From contig OZ287695.1 in the NCBI GenBank assembly GCA_965649825.1, forward strand, positions 1,283,081 through 1,347,080: a stretch of DNA of 64,000 nucleotides. The letters run 5' to 3'. Position 1 is the first letter of the stretch, and each line of letters opens with the position of its first letter. This stretch comes from Penicillus capitatus (lineage: Eukaryota; Plantae; Chlorophyta). The notes under the pieces are model-generated. The model saw only the letters and a program-made list of their open reading frames with translations, was not told where the DNA came from and ran no database searches. Both the position numbers and the translations under genes were made by a program. Positions 25,289-39,596 of this stretch are shown piece by piece.

Positions 25289-25723
25289 TTAACGCCGCAC
25301 CGTCAATTCTGTCACTGGAATGTAGTCATACGCTTTGTATCCTCTCTCGGGAAAGTTTGATCTCGAGTCCATCGAAGGATACAGCTCAGGTGGGTTGATG
25401 CGACTGGTGGGCCCATCGGCTCGACAGCAGAGACAGACAGAGAAGAACACAATAATGCCCAGTCCGATTAACACAAAACCGTAAAGCAGTCTCATGGCGC
25501 GTCGCTGATGCGTTGTGAGTGTTGGCTTCCGTGGCTGACATATCTCCGGAGCATCAGGACAGTAGCACTGTCGATGACCACATCCAGTCCCCGAATACTG
25601 ACTCACTAAGCGACAGTCCGTTGGACAACGGTTCTCCTTCACGCCGTAATGAATGATGCCCATCATCGCCAGACTGGCAGAGAAGACAAACGCCCCGACG
25701 ATCAGACCCGCGGAGTTCTGCAT
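25289..25723 (-). CDS. Small orphan membrane protein (144 aa): N-terminal hydrophobic helix, 6-Cys ectodomain, TM, cytosolic tail
   Basis: Intronless ORF with two hydrophobic segments flanking CPTDC...C...CYC...C, and a juxtamembrane CLCC. Confidence 0.6.
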   Translation of the reverse strand: MQNSAGLIVGAFVFSASLAMMGIIHYGVKENRCPTDCRLVSQYSGTGCGHRQCYCPDAPEICQPRKPTLTTHQRRAMRLLYGFVLIGLGIIVFFSVCLCCRADGPTSRINPPELYPSMDSRSNFPERGYKAYDYIPVTELTVRR

Positions 25724-25813
25724 TGTGCCGAAGAAGGACGCGAATGCAAATGATGATGACGTTGATGCGTGTCACGTTTTTTCAGGCGCCGCCCTGTAGA
25801 GATTGAAGCAAAC

Positions 25814-26371
25814 ATGAGTGCCATGGAGGTCGATAAAAAGATCGCCGAAGCAGAGGATTGGTATCCGACGATCGATGCGCCGAAAAAGAAACCGGCGCCG
25901 ATCGGGAAACCGGCTCGAACAGAGAAGCTGCGCACTGGACTGACACCGGGGACGGTAGTGATCGTCTTGGCCGGGCGTTTCAAAGGAAAACGCATGCTTT
26001 ACCTCAAAGAACTCGCACCCGGGATTCTGTTGCTCAATGGCCCATACAGTGTCAACAAAGCACCTCTGGTGAAGATGCGACAGTCCTTTGTCATCGTTAC
26101 CAGCACGAAGATTCCGATTCCGAATGTGGACCTCTCGAATGTGACTCTGAAGTACTTTGAGAAACCGAGAAAGGCGAAGAAAGACCAAACGGTTACTGAG
26201 TTCTTTCAGCTGGCAGACGATGAGAAACCAAAACTCTCTGATGAAGTGATCGCGACACAGAAGAAGATCGACACGGCGTTGCAGCCGGCGCTGAACGAAG
26301 AGATGGTGCAGTACTTAAGAACGCCATTCACACTCAAAGCGGGTGATCGTCCGCATCTGATGAAATTCTGA
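25814..26371 (+). CDS. RPL6: 60S ribosomal protein eL6, intronless and sequence-divergent
   Basis: KLRTGLTPGTVVIVLAGRFKGKR (KOW) and C-terminal GDRPHLMKF. TGTAA at 26397. Confidence 0.9.
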   Translation: MSAMEVDKKIAEAEDWYPTIDAPKKKPAPIGKPARTEKLRTGLTPGTVVIVLAGRFKGKRMLYLKELAPGILLLNGPYSVNKAPLVKMRQSFVIVTSTKIPIPNVDLSNVTLKYFEKPRKAKKDQTVTEFFQLADDEKPKLSDEVIATQKKIDTALQPALNEEMVQYLRTPFTLKAGDRPHLMKF

Positions 26372-26419
26372 GAACGCCCTGTGTGACATTCGTCCGTGTA
26401 AGCCTATGTGCATACATGA

Positions 26420-26843
26420 TCAGAGTTTCCACAAAAGCACCGCGGTTGTCCCTCCGATGAGAATGTTCAGAATGTGATGCATCTGCAGCGACGGTTGTAA
26501 ATGAGTGATGCCATCGTTTTGAGGAGACGGACTTCGTAGGTGATATCGTAAGAGAAGCCCTTGCCCACGATGACATGCCACGTATGGCCGAATTTCTTAT
26601 CCATTGTATCCTTGATCATCTGACATCGACCGAGATGTGACACGTCGATAAGGGAAGGGGTCAAGAGATTCGGACATGGGTGCATTTCTCCATCTCGGAT
26701 GCGTATTTTTCGACGGCGGTGATGCAGACGTCCGTCGCCTCTTCTTTCATCTCAGCTGTCATGTCACAGTGCTTTACGAGCGGATACTTGGCGACGCGCA
26801 GAAAGGCCTCCATATCTTCATACAATGCCGTTTCGTGCGTCAT
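26420..26843 (-). CDS. DNAL4: Axonemal dynein light chain 4 (LC10 type); two introns
   Basis: YPLVKHCDMTAEMKEEATDVCITAVEKY...CTH|MIKDTMDKKFGHTWHVIVGKGFSYDITYE|MHHILNILIGGTTAVLLWKL matches DNAL4 (FPLVRHSDMPEEM...MIKETMDKKFGSSWHVVIG) rather than LC8. Confidence 0.85.
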
Positions 26844-26892
26844 GACTTGTTCGCGAGAGATGGCGCGTCAATGACGGCGTTGCAGGTGTTGA

Positions 26893-27911
26893 CTATGCGT
26901 TATCGTCACCCTTACTCATGATCGCACTTAGTGCCTGCGCGATTTGACATCCGATTCTCGCGTTGTTCTTTACGAGACGTATGTTCGATTCTAGAGACGC
27001 CCCGCCCGTCAATTCGGTAATGCGCTTCAGAAGGAAGGGCGTGACTTCTGGTCCTTCGATTTCGGACGCTGTGCATTCGTCGAGTGCGATGCGAATGCAT
27101 TCTTCGACCTTTTCGCCTTCGACAGCGTCTTCCTCTGCAATTGGCACGCCTAGGGAGGACGATAAAGGTAGACCAGTCAACATCCATTCATGCAAGCGAC
27201 AAGACGAAGCGTACCCAGGACAACGCCTCTCTGCAGCTGCAGCGCCAAAGATGCATGAATCAAACGGGCTGCCTCTTCTGCTGTGTCGATACGAAAAGGA
27301 GCTCTAGATCCACTTCTCGGTGTAAAGAAGGCCGGAAATTCGTCGGTCTGATAGGCAGCGACGCAGACACCTTGGGTCTCGAGGACTTCGAGCGTGCGCG
27401 GGATATCCAAAACGGATTTCGCTCCTGCACAGACGACAAGAACAGGAATGCGTCCCGCCGTTGTTAAATCGGCTGAGATGTCCAGACTGTTCTGCCCTTC
27501 GCGATGCACGCCGCCAATGCCGCCGGTGACGAACACCCGAATACCAGCCAAGTGTGCGATGTGCATGGTCGTCGCTACTGTCGTTGCACCGTCGAGTTTT
27601 TTCGCCACTACGTAAGGCAGATCGCGGATGGAACATTTTCGCACGTCACGGCCTTTCTTGGCCAAAAACTCGAGCTGTTCTGCCGTCAGTCCAGCACGGA
27701 GAGAACCTTCCAGAACAGCAATCGTCGCTGGAACGACGCCGTACGATCGAATCAGTTGTTCGACGCTCTGTGCCGTGGCGAGGTTCTGTGGATAAGGCAT
27801 GCCATGCGTGATGATCGTGCTCTCCAATGCCACCACTGGTCGACCTTTGTCTAAGGCGTCGCGCACTTCATCACTGAGAACGACGGGACACTTGGGCAAC
27901 GTTGTCGACAT
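26893..27911 (-). CDS. psuG: Pseudouridine-5'-phosphate glycosidase (PsuG/IndA/PUMY family); one intron
   Basis: PVVALESTIITHGMPYPQN, ATTVATTM, FVTGGIGGVHR, DISADL, CAGAKSVLDIPRTLEVLETQGV, TPFLLKRI. Possible upstream ATG at 28019 would add a presequence. Confidence 0.92.
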
Positions 27912-28098
27912 TGTTTGACGCCGAAAGCAACGCCGCCGCAGGTTGTCAAATGGCGACGCGTCGTTTCGTCGAATCTCGCGGCGATAAAACGTACGACATG
28001 TACTCGACGCATGCATCATCACCCTCCAAAAATGGCCTCGGAGGAATGGGGATTTACACACCGACGTCTGTCGCGCTCGACATCTGTCCTCCTTCAAA

Positions 28099-28645
28099 TC
28101 ACTTATTGGTTGCACGGGTGTAAATCAACTGCTTTGCGTGCTTTGTCACTTCCCGAATCACCCCTTTGTCCATCAGTTCCTTAATGGCTGCCCTCGCAAG
28201 ACTGCCATTGATCTGAGAAAGCATTCACGTTTTGTCGGGCTGTCTTTTCAGGACAAAGAGGCATCTTCACTTTCAGTCGGTCAGCCAAAACAGACGGCGT
28301 GATCATACGATACGTTGGCACTTCGGCAAGGAGCTTTTCGTACGTCGCCTATGTACCGTGGTCTCAGATGAGGCATGAACGATACCCTGTGATCGACAGA
28401 CCGCGTCAAAAGTGACGGCGTTGTTCACTTTTTCCTTCAGTTTTCCCTTCGACCATTTCTGCAGCCGCACGCACCAACATCGCTTTCTTGGCCATAAGTG
28501 AAGCGACGCACCTTCTTTTTTCCTTTTCCGGCGTTCGCTGCAGCAGCTGCCTTGGCACTCTTCGATTTCTGCTCTCCTTTCGGCGGCTAGAACACAGAAG
28601 AAGCGCTTCGCAGATGGATGGGCAAACGGACGCACATCTCACCAT
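28099..28645 (-). CDS. RPS25: 40S ribosomal protein eS25; four introns
   Basis: Spliced M|PPKGEQKSK...GKGKKK|[19 protein letters not shown]|[26 protein letters not shown]|[14 protein letters not shown]...IYTRATNK. Confidence 0.92.
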
Positions 28646-28754
28646 TGTTCACCAAGCGAGACGGCGAGAAGCAGAAATGATCGATGACGGTGTTTAATGC
28701 CTGCCATTCCGTCGCGTAGCGCATTTTCCCATTCCGCAACGCGTTTCTATCGAC

Positions 28755-29523
28755 ATGGCTTTCGTTGTCGGACGACGTCTTCTCTCCGCTGCTCCTACGT
28801 CGACACTTGCGGCACGCCTTCTCGAAAACGTCGGCCTTCCTGCCATCGGAACTCTCGGACAGCAAAAGTGCGACGCTCTCTTCTCCGATAGCGCCACCGG
28901 AACGGTCCTCTTCTCTCTAGACTCCTATCGAGTGTTCCCGACGCGTGGGGCAGACCGACAGAGTATACAGAAGGGACGGATTTTCTAGGAACACCGAAAG
29001 ATCACTTGGCGGTACATATTCAGTAGAAGCCGCTTTACTTTACATACGTCTTGGCAGTTGGCAGAAAAGCGTCCCAAAGCACCGGATGTTTTTGAAGTGG
29101 GATTCAAAGGTTTGCACTACAAATTCCCTATCGCTGCCATCTCGTCCGTGACCAACCGTGTGACGGGCGCCGTCATGTGGGGAGGTCAGACACCGCCATG
29201 ACTTTGGCGATCTATGTATGGTGGTGAACATAGGGGTGACGGGTATTGGATGTTTGGGTATCATTACAGATGTGGGCAGTTTAGTTGACTGGGCACACGC
29301 TTCCTATCCCTTGATTCTCTATCCTGCGAAATTTGGCGTGTCTTTCTGTCTGATCTATCACTACCTTGGAGGAATCAGGCACTTTTGGTTTGATTACGGA
29401 AATCATGGTCCGACGCAAGCGGACAAGAAAACGAGTCCGCTAGAAATGTCGACGGTGCATCAATCGTCATTGATACTGATCGGCAGCAGTGCTTTACTCG
29501 GGCTCGCTTTTATGATCGCCTGA
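28755..29523 (+). CDS. SDH3: Succinate dehydrogenase cytochrome b560 subunit (SDHC/SDH3), mitochondrial; three introns
   Basis: Transit peptide, TDFLGTPKDHL, RPKAPDV, YKFPIAAISSVTNRVTG, YHYLGGIRHFWFD (haem His), three TM helices. Confidence 0.88.
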
Positions 29524-29705
29524 GCACGAACCCGAACAGCTTCTGTCTGTTGAAATGTCTTCAAGAATCGCATGTGTGAGAACATTGCCCAGTGGGATGT
29601 TTTCTGGGTGTTGCCTGTAACGGATCGGCCTGTCTGAACAACAAGATGACAATGCGGCACAGCAACGCGACGACATGTCACATCACGTCTCTTCGTACTA
29701 GCTAA

Positions 29706-30578
29706 ATGCACAGCACCATTTCGCGCTTTTTATCCATGGAGCAGCTGCGGAACTTGTGCATTTCCGACCGTTCGCGTCCAGAGGAACGCGTCGTCGTCGC
29801 TGCCACGATGGAGCAGTTGCCTCAAGCTGTCAAGGGCGAAACGTCGAAGGACGCTGGCGGTGTTGGCAACGGCGAAAGAAGAACTCCACCTCGACGTCCT
29901 CTTGACCCCGAGTCGCTGACGAACGCAGATTCCGATCCCGTCCCAATGGGTCTGTTCGGTCCACTACCGCATCCACCTGCCGATATCGATACAACCGAAT
30001 CGACGGATTGTCCAGCAACGGAAGACGAGATCGCGAAACGCTTCGGCAGGAGAGAGACACCTACCTGTCAGAAGAAGAAGAAGGCACATGTTCACCACTA
30101 TGAGGCAGACGAGGATGGAACGGTGTTTGGTCTCCCCTGGGGCTATTCCGACAGCGTTATTCGCGGAAGTCCGTCCAACGCCAGACGTCGTGTCGATCCG
30201 TTTACGATGAACCGCCTGGAACTCGAAGGATTTGCACCCGTGCCACTTAAAGGAGACGACACACCGTCGACGGTCGAATCAGAACCAAAGCCGACGAACA
30301 TTCTTTTTAGTACGAAATCGCCAAACGACGTGAAGACGGAGGCCGGTGACGATACCGTCGATCCACAGGATGAGTGGTATCTGCATGTCGATCCTGAGGT
30401 CTACGAGCAATGCTGGACGGTCTATTCCACGGAGTTTCTCGAAGAAGAGGAAAAGACAGATGAGGGAGAAGAGGAGAGAGCTAAACGACGCCGAATGAGT
30501 GGAAGCAGCACAGAGAACAAAGGCATTGTGGCTTCAGCATTGCAGGGTGGAAAATCTCTGCTTGCCAAATGGCGATAG
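29706..30578 (+). CDS. Uncharacterised acidic, largely disordered protein (290 aa, intronless)
   Basis: 873-nt ORF with biased acidic/Pro composition and a basic KRRR cluster. TGTAA at 30723. Confidence 0.65.
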   Translation: MHSTISRFLSMEQLRNLCISDRSRPEERVVVAATMEQLPQAVKGETSKDAGGVGNGERRTPPRRPLDPESLTNADSDPVPMGLFGPLPHPPADIDTTESTDCPATEDEIAKRFGRRETPTCQKKKKAHVHHYEADEDGTVFGLPWGYSDSVIRGSPSNARRRVDPFTMNRLELEGFAPVPLKGDDTPSTVESEPKPTNILFSTKSPNDVKTEAGDDTVDPQDEWYLHVDPEVYEQCWTVYSTEFLEEEEKTDEGEEERAKRRRMSGSSTENKGIVASALQGGKSLLAKWR

Positions 30579-31007
30579 AGAATGATGACGCATCTTGTGT
30601 GCATACTATCTCTGGCTTCTTTCTGTATCACGTGACGGATCAACACATCCTTAGCGGTGACATGAACAAAGGGCAAGACGTAATGGACCGCTTGCGGTTC
30701 CATGGAGCAAGAACTGAAAATGTGTAATGCATATGGGCGTCAGGTTTGAGCGCATCGGGTCCTCGTGGCTGAGATTCCATGCCGGGCGGGATCGATTCTT
30801 GGCATAGCACGGTCGAAAACGGAGTGCGTGATGTCGGATGGGCAACGAAAGCATGTGTTGTCGTTTAGTGCTATCGAAAGGCGGTAACTGGACGCTGTTA
30901 TCGATCGTGCATGGACGGATCGCGATCGGTACAGACACGGCGCGAACGATCTCGATATTACGTGGAGACTGACGGTTTTATCGAATCGACGATTTCGCAT
31001 TCACGAG

Positions 31008-31466
31008 ATGGGTATCGGTGGCGTCTTCATGTTACTCGGCGTCGCGCTCTTCTGTTTCGCCGCCTACTCGATCGATGCACGTTCGTGTCGCCCCTCCTTT
31101 GTCGCTGAACGACCTCTCCTCGATATCTAGATCGTCTGACACTTCAGCTAGCAGAAGAAGTGGAAGAGGGTATGCCGACGGACGTGCTGGCAATGACGGC
31201 CATGGCAACGCTTCTCTGTTTTATGGGTAAGCGTCAACGGATGGGTACACGTTCAAATCTCTGACTGTAGGAAGCTATTTCCTATCGGGCGAACTGAAAC
31301 CCATCACCATTGTCAAGGGCACACAGTAAGACAGTAGTCGGCAGTTTTCTTGTCTGACAGATCTTGATTCGGCAGTACGATGGAGCTCTACGCATTCCGA
31401 AGAGATTTCTTGAGTTTCAACACTCGAAGTTGTGCCATTCCCATCACGACCCCGAGCATCCATTAA
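31008..31466 (+). CDS. EMC5: ER membrane protein complex subunit 5 / membrane magnesium transporter (MMGT1); three introns; missed by the ORF track
   Basis: Spliced MGIGGVFMLLGVALFCFAAYSIDAH|RLTLQLAEE...MPTDVLAMTAMATLLCFMG|SYFLSGELKPI...H|TMELYAFRRDFLSFNTR matches the MMGT1/EMC5 pattern (2 TM, GxxKxI, DFxxFNxR). Confidence 0.8.
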
Positions 31467-31531
31467 AGCGAGGCGTCCTCGGAAGAGATCAGTGCTTACA
31501 GGGGTCGCGTCAACAAAACACACAATGGGCG

Positions 31532-36263
<4,732 letters not shown>

Positions 36264-36383
36264 GGTACAATGTCGTACGCCTCTGTGCGACGATACAAAC
36301 GCGAAGCTAAGCTGAAGTCACTGTACGACAAGACGACGGGTTTCTTGTAGGACGAGGGAGAGGCGTTGTACGTCTGGCGTCCG

Positions 36384-38184
36384 ATGTTCGGTTCAATTTT
36401 CAGTCTCAAGAAGTCTGACCTCCTTGACAAGACGCTCAGTGCGACAGCGTCTGAAGAGAGTGTCGAGGAGTTGCTTAAGGTGTCGTCCGACAGTCGTGTG
36501 GACGAGGGGAAACACGATGAGAGACGTGCTCTGACGTGTCATGTCTGCCGCGTCGGCGTCGCTGCACATGCAGAAAGGTTTGCAGACGTAGAGGAGCAAA
36601 GAGAGCATTTCAAGACAGACTGGCATCGGTACAATGTCCACCGTTCTGTTCAACAAAAGCCTTCTGTGACACGGACGCAATTCGAGCAACTCTTGGAAGC
36701 AGATGATGTCGGTTACACTTTTCTCACTCCTGTATGATATTATATCCTGTGCGGAGTGCGCGTTCAGGTGTCCAGCATCTCTGGATCGGATAGTGAGGAA
36801 GAAGATATATGTGACCAGCGCATCGACAATGAAGATCGAGGCATGGTCTGCTTTACTTTTGAGAGTGAGAATACTGAGCATCGAAGATTGGACTGAGCAA
36901 GAGAGTGAAATTGTGTGTCCAGATCGAACTGCATTTCGCGTGTGGCGTTGTCTCGTGACGCATCACAAAATGCAAACAATGGATGCGCCAAGTCTAGAGG
37001 AGGCGCTGTATACACTGGTCCATTTACAAAGCTGGGCAGTTGTTCTTGCAAGAGGCGGTCACTTTGCTGCTGCACGCTTCGAGAAGTCGAATCCATCTAA
37101 TCAAAAGACACGGGGGACCTTCTATACCGTGAAACAACACAAGACACTTCACCGATACGTCATTAGGTGTGACTGAGTACCGTAAAGAAGTGTGACTCTT
37201 TTTGGTGTGACCAGAGCAAAGTCTGGTGGCCGACAATCTGTCAAAGACGCTACCGGAAAGTATGCGAAATCCATGGGCGCCAGTCTTCGTCGACACAATG
37301 AAGTACGTTATCTATGCAGCCAGCAATGTGACTCCAATATGAATGCACAGGCAGCGCTAGAGAGGGACATCGTGGAGATTCTGACGTCTTGGAAGTCCGA
37401 TCTGGATAGCTGTGATTTGATCTTCACCTCAGTCTCAGCAAGCGATCACAAAGCAGTCTTTGGTGGAACGGCCCCTCCGTTGAACACAGCAGATGCAAGA
37501 GTACGTAAGATTCCATTCGCGACGCGACGTCCGACGTTCTCAGAGACCAAGCGAATCTCACATCTGCTTACATCTACGTACAAAGCCTCTTGTCAAATAG
37601 AAGCACCTCAGCCAAAAGACGGCATACAACAGGAACAATGCACAGAGTCCATCAGAGATCCAGCAGAGTCCCAGCCGAAACATGTGGAGGAAGAAAGATC
37701 GGTAAAGGTGGAGGAAGTCTCGGAGACGATACACAAACCGTCGAAGAAGGTATACCAAAGGGACAGATAGACGATGGAATGGACGACACTATTCTGTGTT
37801 TTCCAGAAAGCCAGAAAGAAGGCCAAGGGTAAAGATCAACGACGGCGAGCAGCTATGGATGCCGCAGCATCGAGAGAAGCAGAGCCCTCCACGCCGCAAA
37901 ATGGAGAGCCAGATGATGAAGTGGAACGTGCCCTTGCTGAAGCGGCACGCCATATCGAAGGGTATCTATCCCTCTTATCCTCATACATTATGCCGTTATA
38001 CAATCGGCGTTAACTGTTTAGACTGCAACGGACAAAGAAGAGCCAGTTCAAGACAAAGACATCCACAAATCCCGCAACTTCAGATCCAGGAAATCCCTTA
38101 GAAAGACGAGAGCTTCTCAGAAAGGCAGCAGAGAAAAGGATGGCGGCTCTTCAAGCGGCATCCAGATCTCAACAACTGTGGTGA
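36384..38184 (+). CDS. ANKZF1: Vms1/ANKZF1 ribosome-quality-control factor (C2H2 finger, VLRF1 domain, C-terminal VIM), no ankyrin repeats seen
   Basis: CHVC...QREHFKTDWHRYNV, LARGGHFAAARF, KTLHRYVI|RAKSGGRQS (catalytic Gln loop), SMGASLRRHNE, RKIPFATRRPTFSE, VIM RELLRKAAEKR. Confidence 0.9.
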
Positions 38185-39596
38185 TATGAAGACATGTTTG
38201 TGTTTTCGATTGTTGTTAATAAAACAGCGATTTGACTTACATCATCTGATCGTTGCCACACACAGAGGACTTATGGTCTCGCCCAGAGACACGTCCTTCC
38301 TGAACTTAACAAATCTCGAACTTGCCAGTCCTGCAACTTCTTGCATCGTCCATCCATTCGTTGGTACTCATCCCAACCTCATCACCGAGCACGGTCGTCA
38401 TAAACAACGTTCAGAAGTCAAGAATGAGAAAAATGTATAAGAATCTTGGGCTTTAGATATGACGAAAGTGTCTCCTATTTACAATTGCTACGTACGAAGC
38501 GCAGACATGTGCATTGTTTGCTGTTCTTATGAAGAAACAAACTATGCGTTATTGAGATGAATGGCTTAGGTGGCTTTTAGACGTGCTTTAAAAACTGACG
38601 ATTAAATACGCTTTCTAACAATCATGATAGAAGACATGTGAGGAGGATGACAACTGGTCAAGATGGTGGTGGCGTCCTGTCTGCTGCATCCTTGTTACCC
38701 GTGCCAAGCGGCGGTTGCTCGAGTCAGTAATCTGAGGATCAGCAGTTACGCTTCATCGCATATTCTTGGTTCACTGCTCAGTAGAGTGTAAGTAAGCACA
38801 AAAGAACTTAGGAAAGACTCTAAATGAACTACATAAAACGAGGCATCAGACACCAACCCCCCTCAGAACAAACAGTTAAAAAGATATGCAGTACAGCTAG
38901 CAGAATAAGAGGACTTTGTTGTTGCCCCCGTTTGTTCTCTCTCATCCTTATCTGCATGCTCTGCCCTTCGCATCATGGGACTGCCGGCGAAATGTGCGTT
39001 ACTCCAGGAGCAGCAGAAAGAATTACACACATAGGTGCCTGAGGCGCTTGCCATACAATCCAAAACTACCAACAGAACTCCCACGCTGTATCTTCTCAGG
39101 TAAAGTATAATGCACGAGGTGTGCGATGGTGATAGGTAGTTGATTCATCAGCCATTCTAATCAAACCAATAGATGGGGTCATGTTCGTCATGATTGAAGT
39201 ACAGAACATGTAGAATGTGATTAGACTTGTCGACAGATATGAGAATCATCAGGTTATATGCTGGAGCCACTACGATCAACACACCCACGTTAAGGCTTCA
39301 TCATCAAACAACAAATGAAAACGATACGTGTCAGTAAACCAACAGCAGCAAAGCAATCAAAGCTAAGAAATCGTCAGTATTGAAGTACGATACGAATAGG
39401 TTGAGGAACGCAAGAGCTGTCAAATGAACACTGTCGATGAAACTGCGATATCAAGACGAACAAGGAGAATGAAATGGTGCACATGATTGTCAGCAAGCAT
39501 GAGAGAAGACTGTGTGTGAGCGATTTAGACTGTTTAGATGCCCACTATGGATGACAGTTATGAAAAGACACCCACCCACCCACTCTATTCCCTCGC

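Noticed and set aside
30651-30860. 67-aa minus-strand sORF MLSLPIRHHALRFRPCYAK... between the orphan and EMC5
   Set aside because: No family, no splice support, and it overlaps the orphan's 3' UTR/TGTAA region on the other strand; cannot be supported.
39438-39448. 11-nt match to 18S rRNA (tgaaactgcga), suggesting U14 snoRNA domain A on the minus strand
   Set aside because: No C box upstream, no domain B and no terminal stem; a match of this length is plausible by chance.
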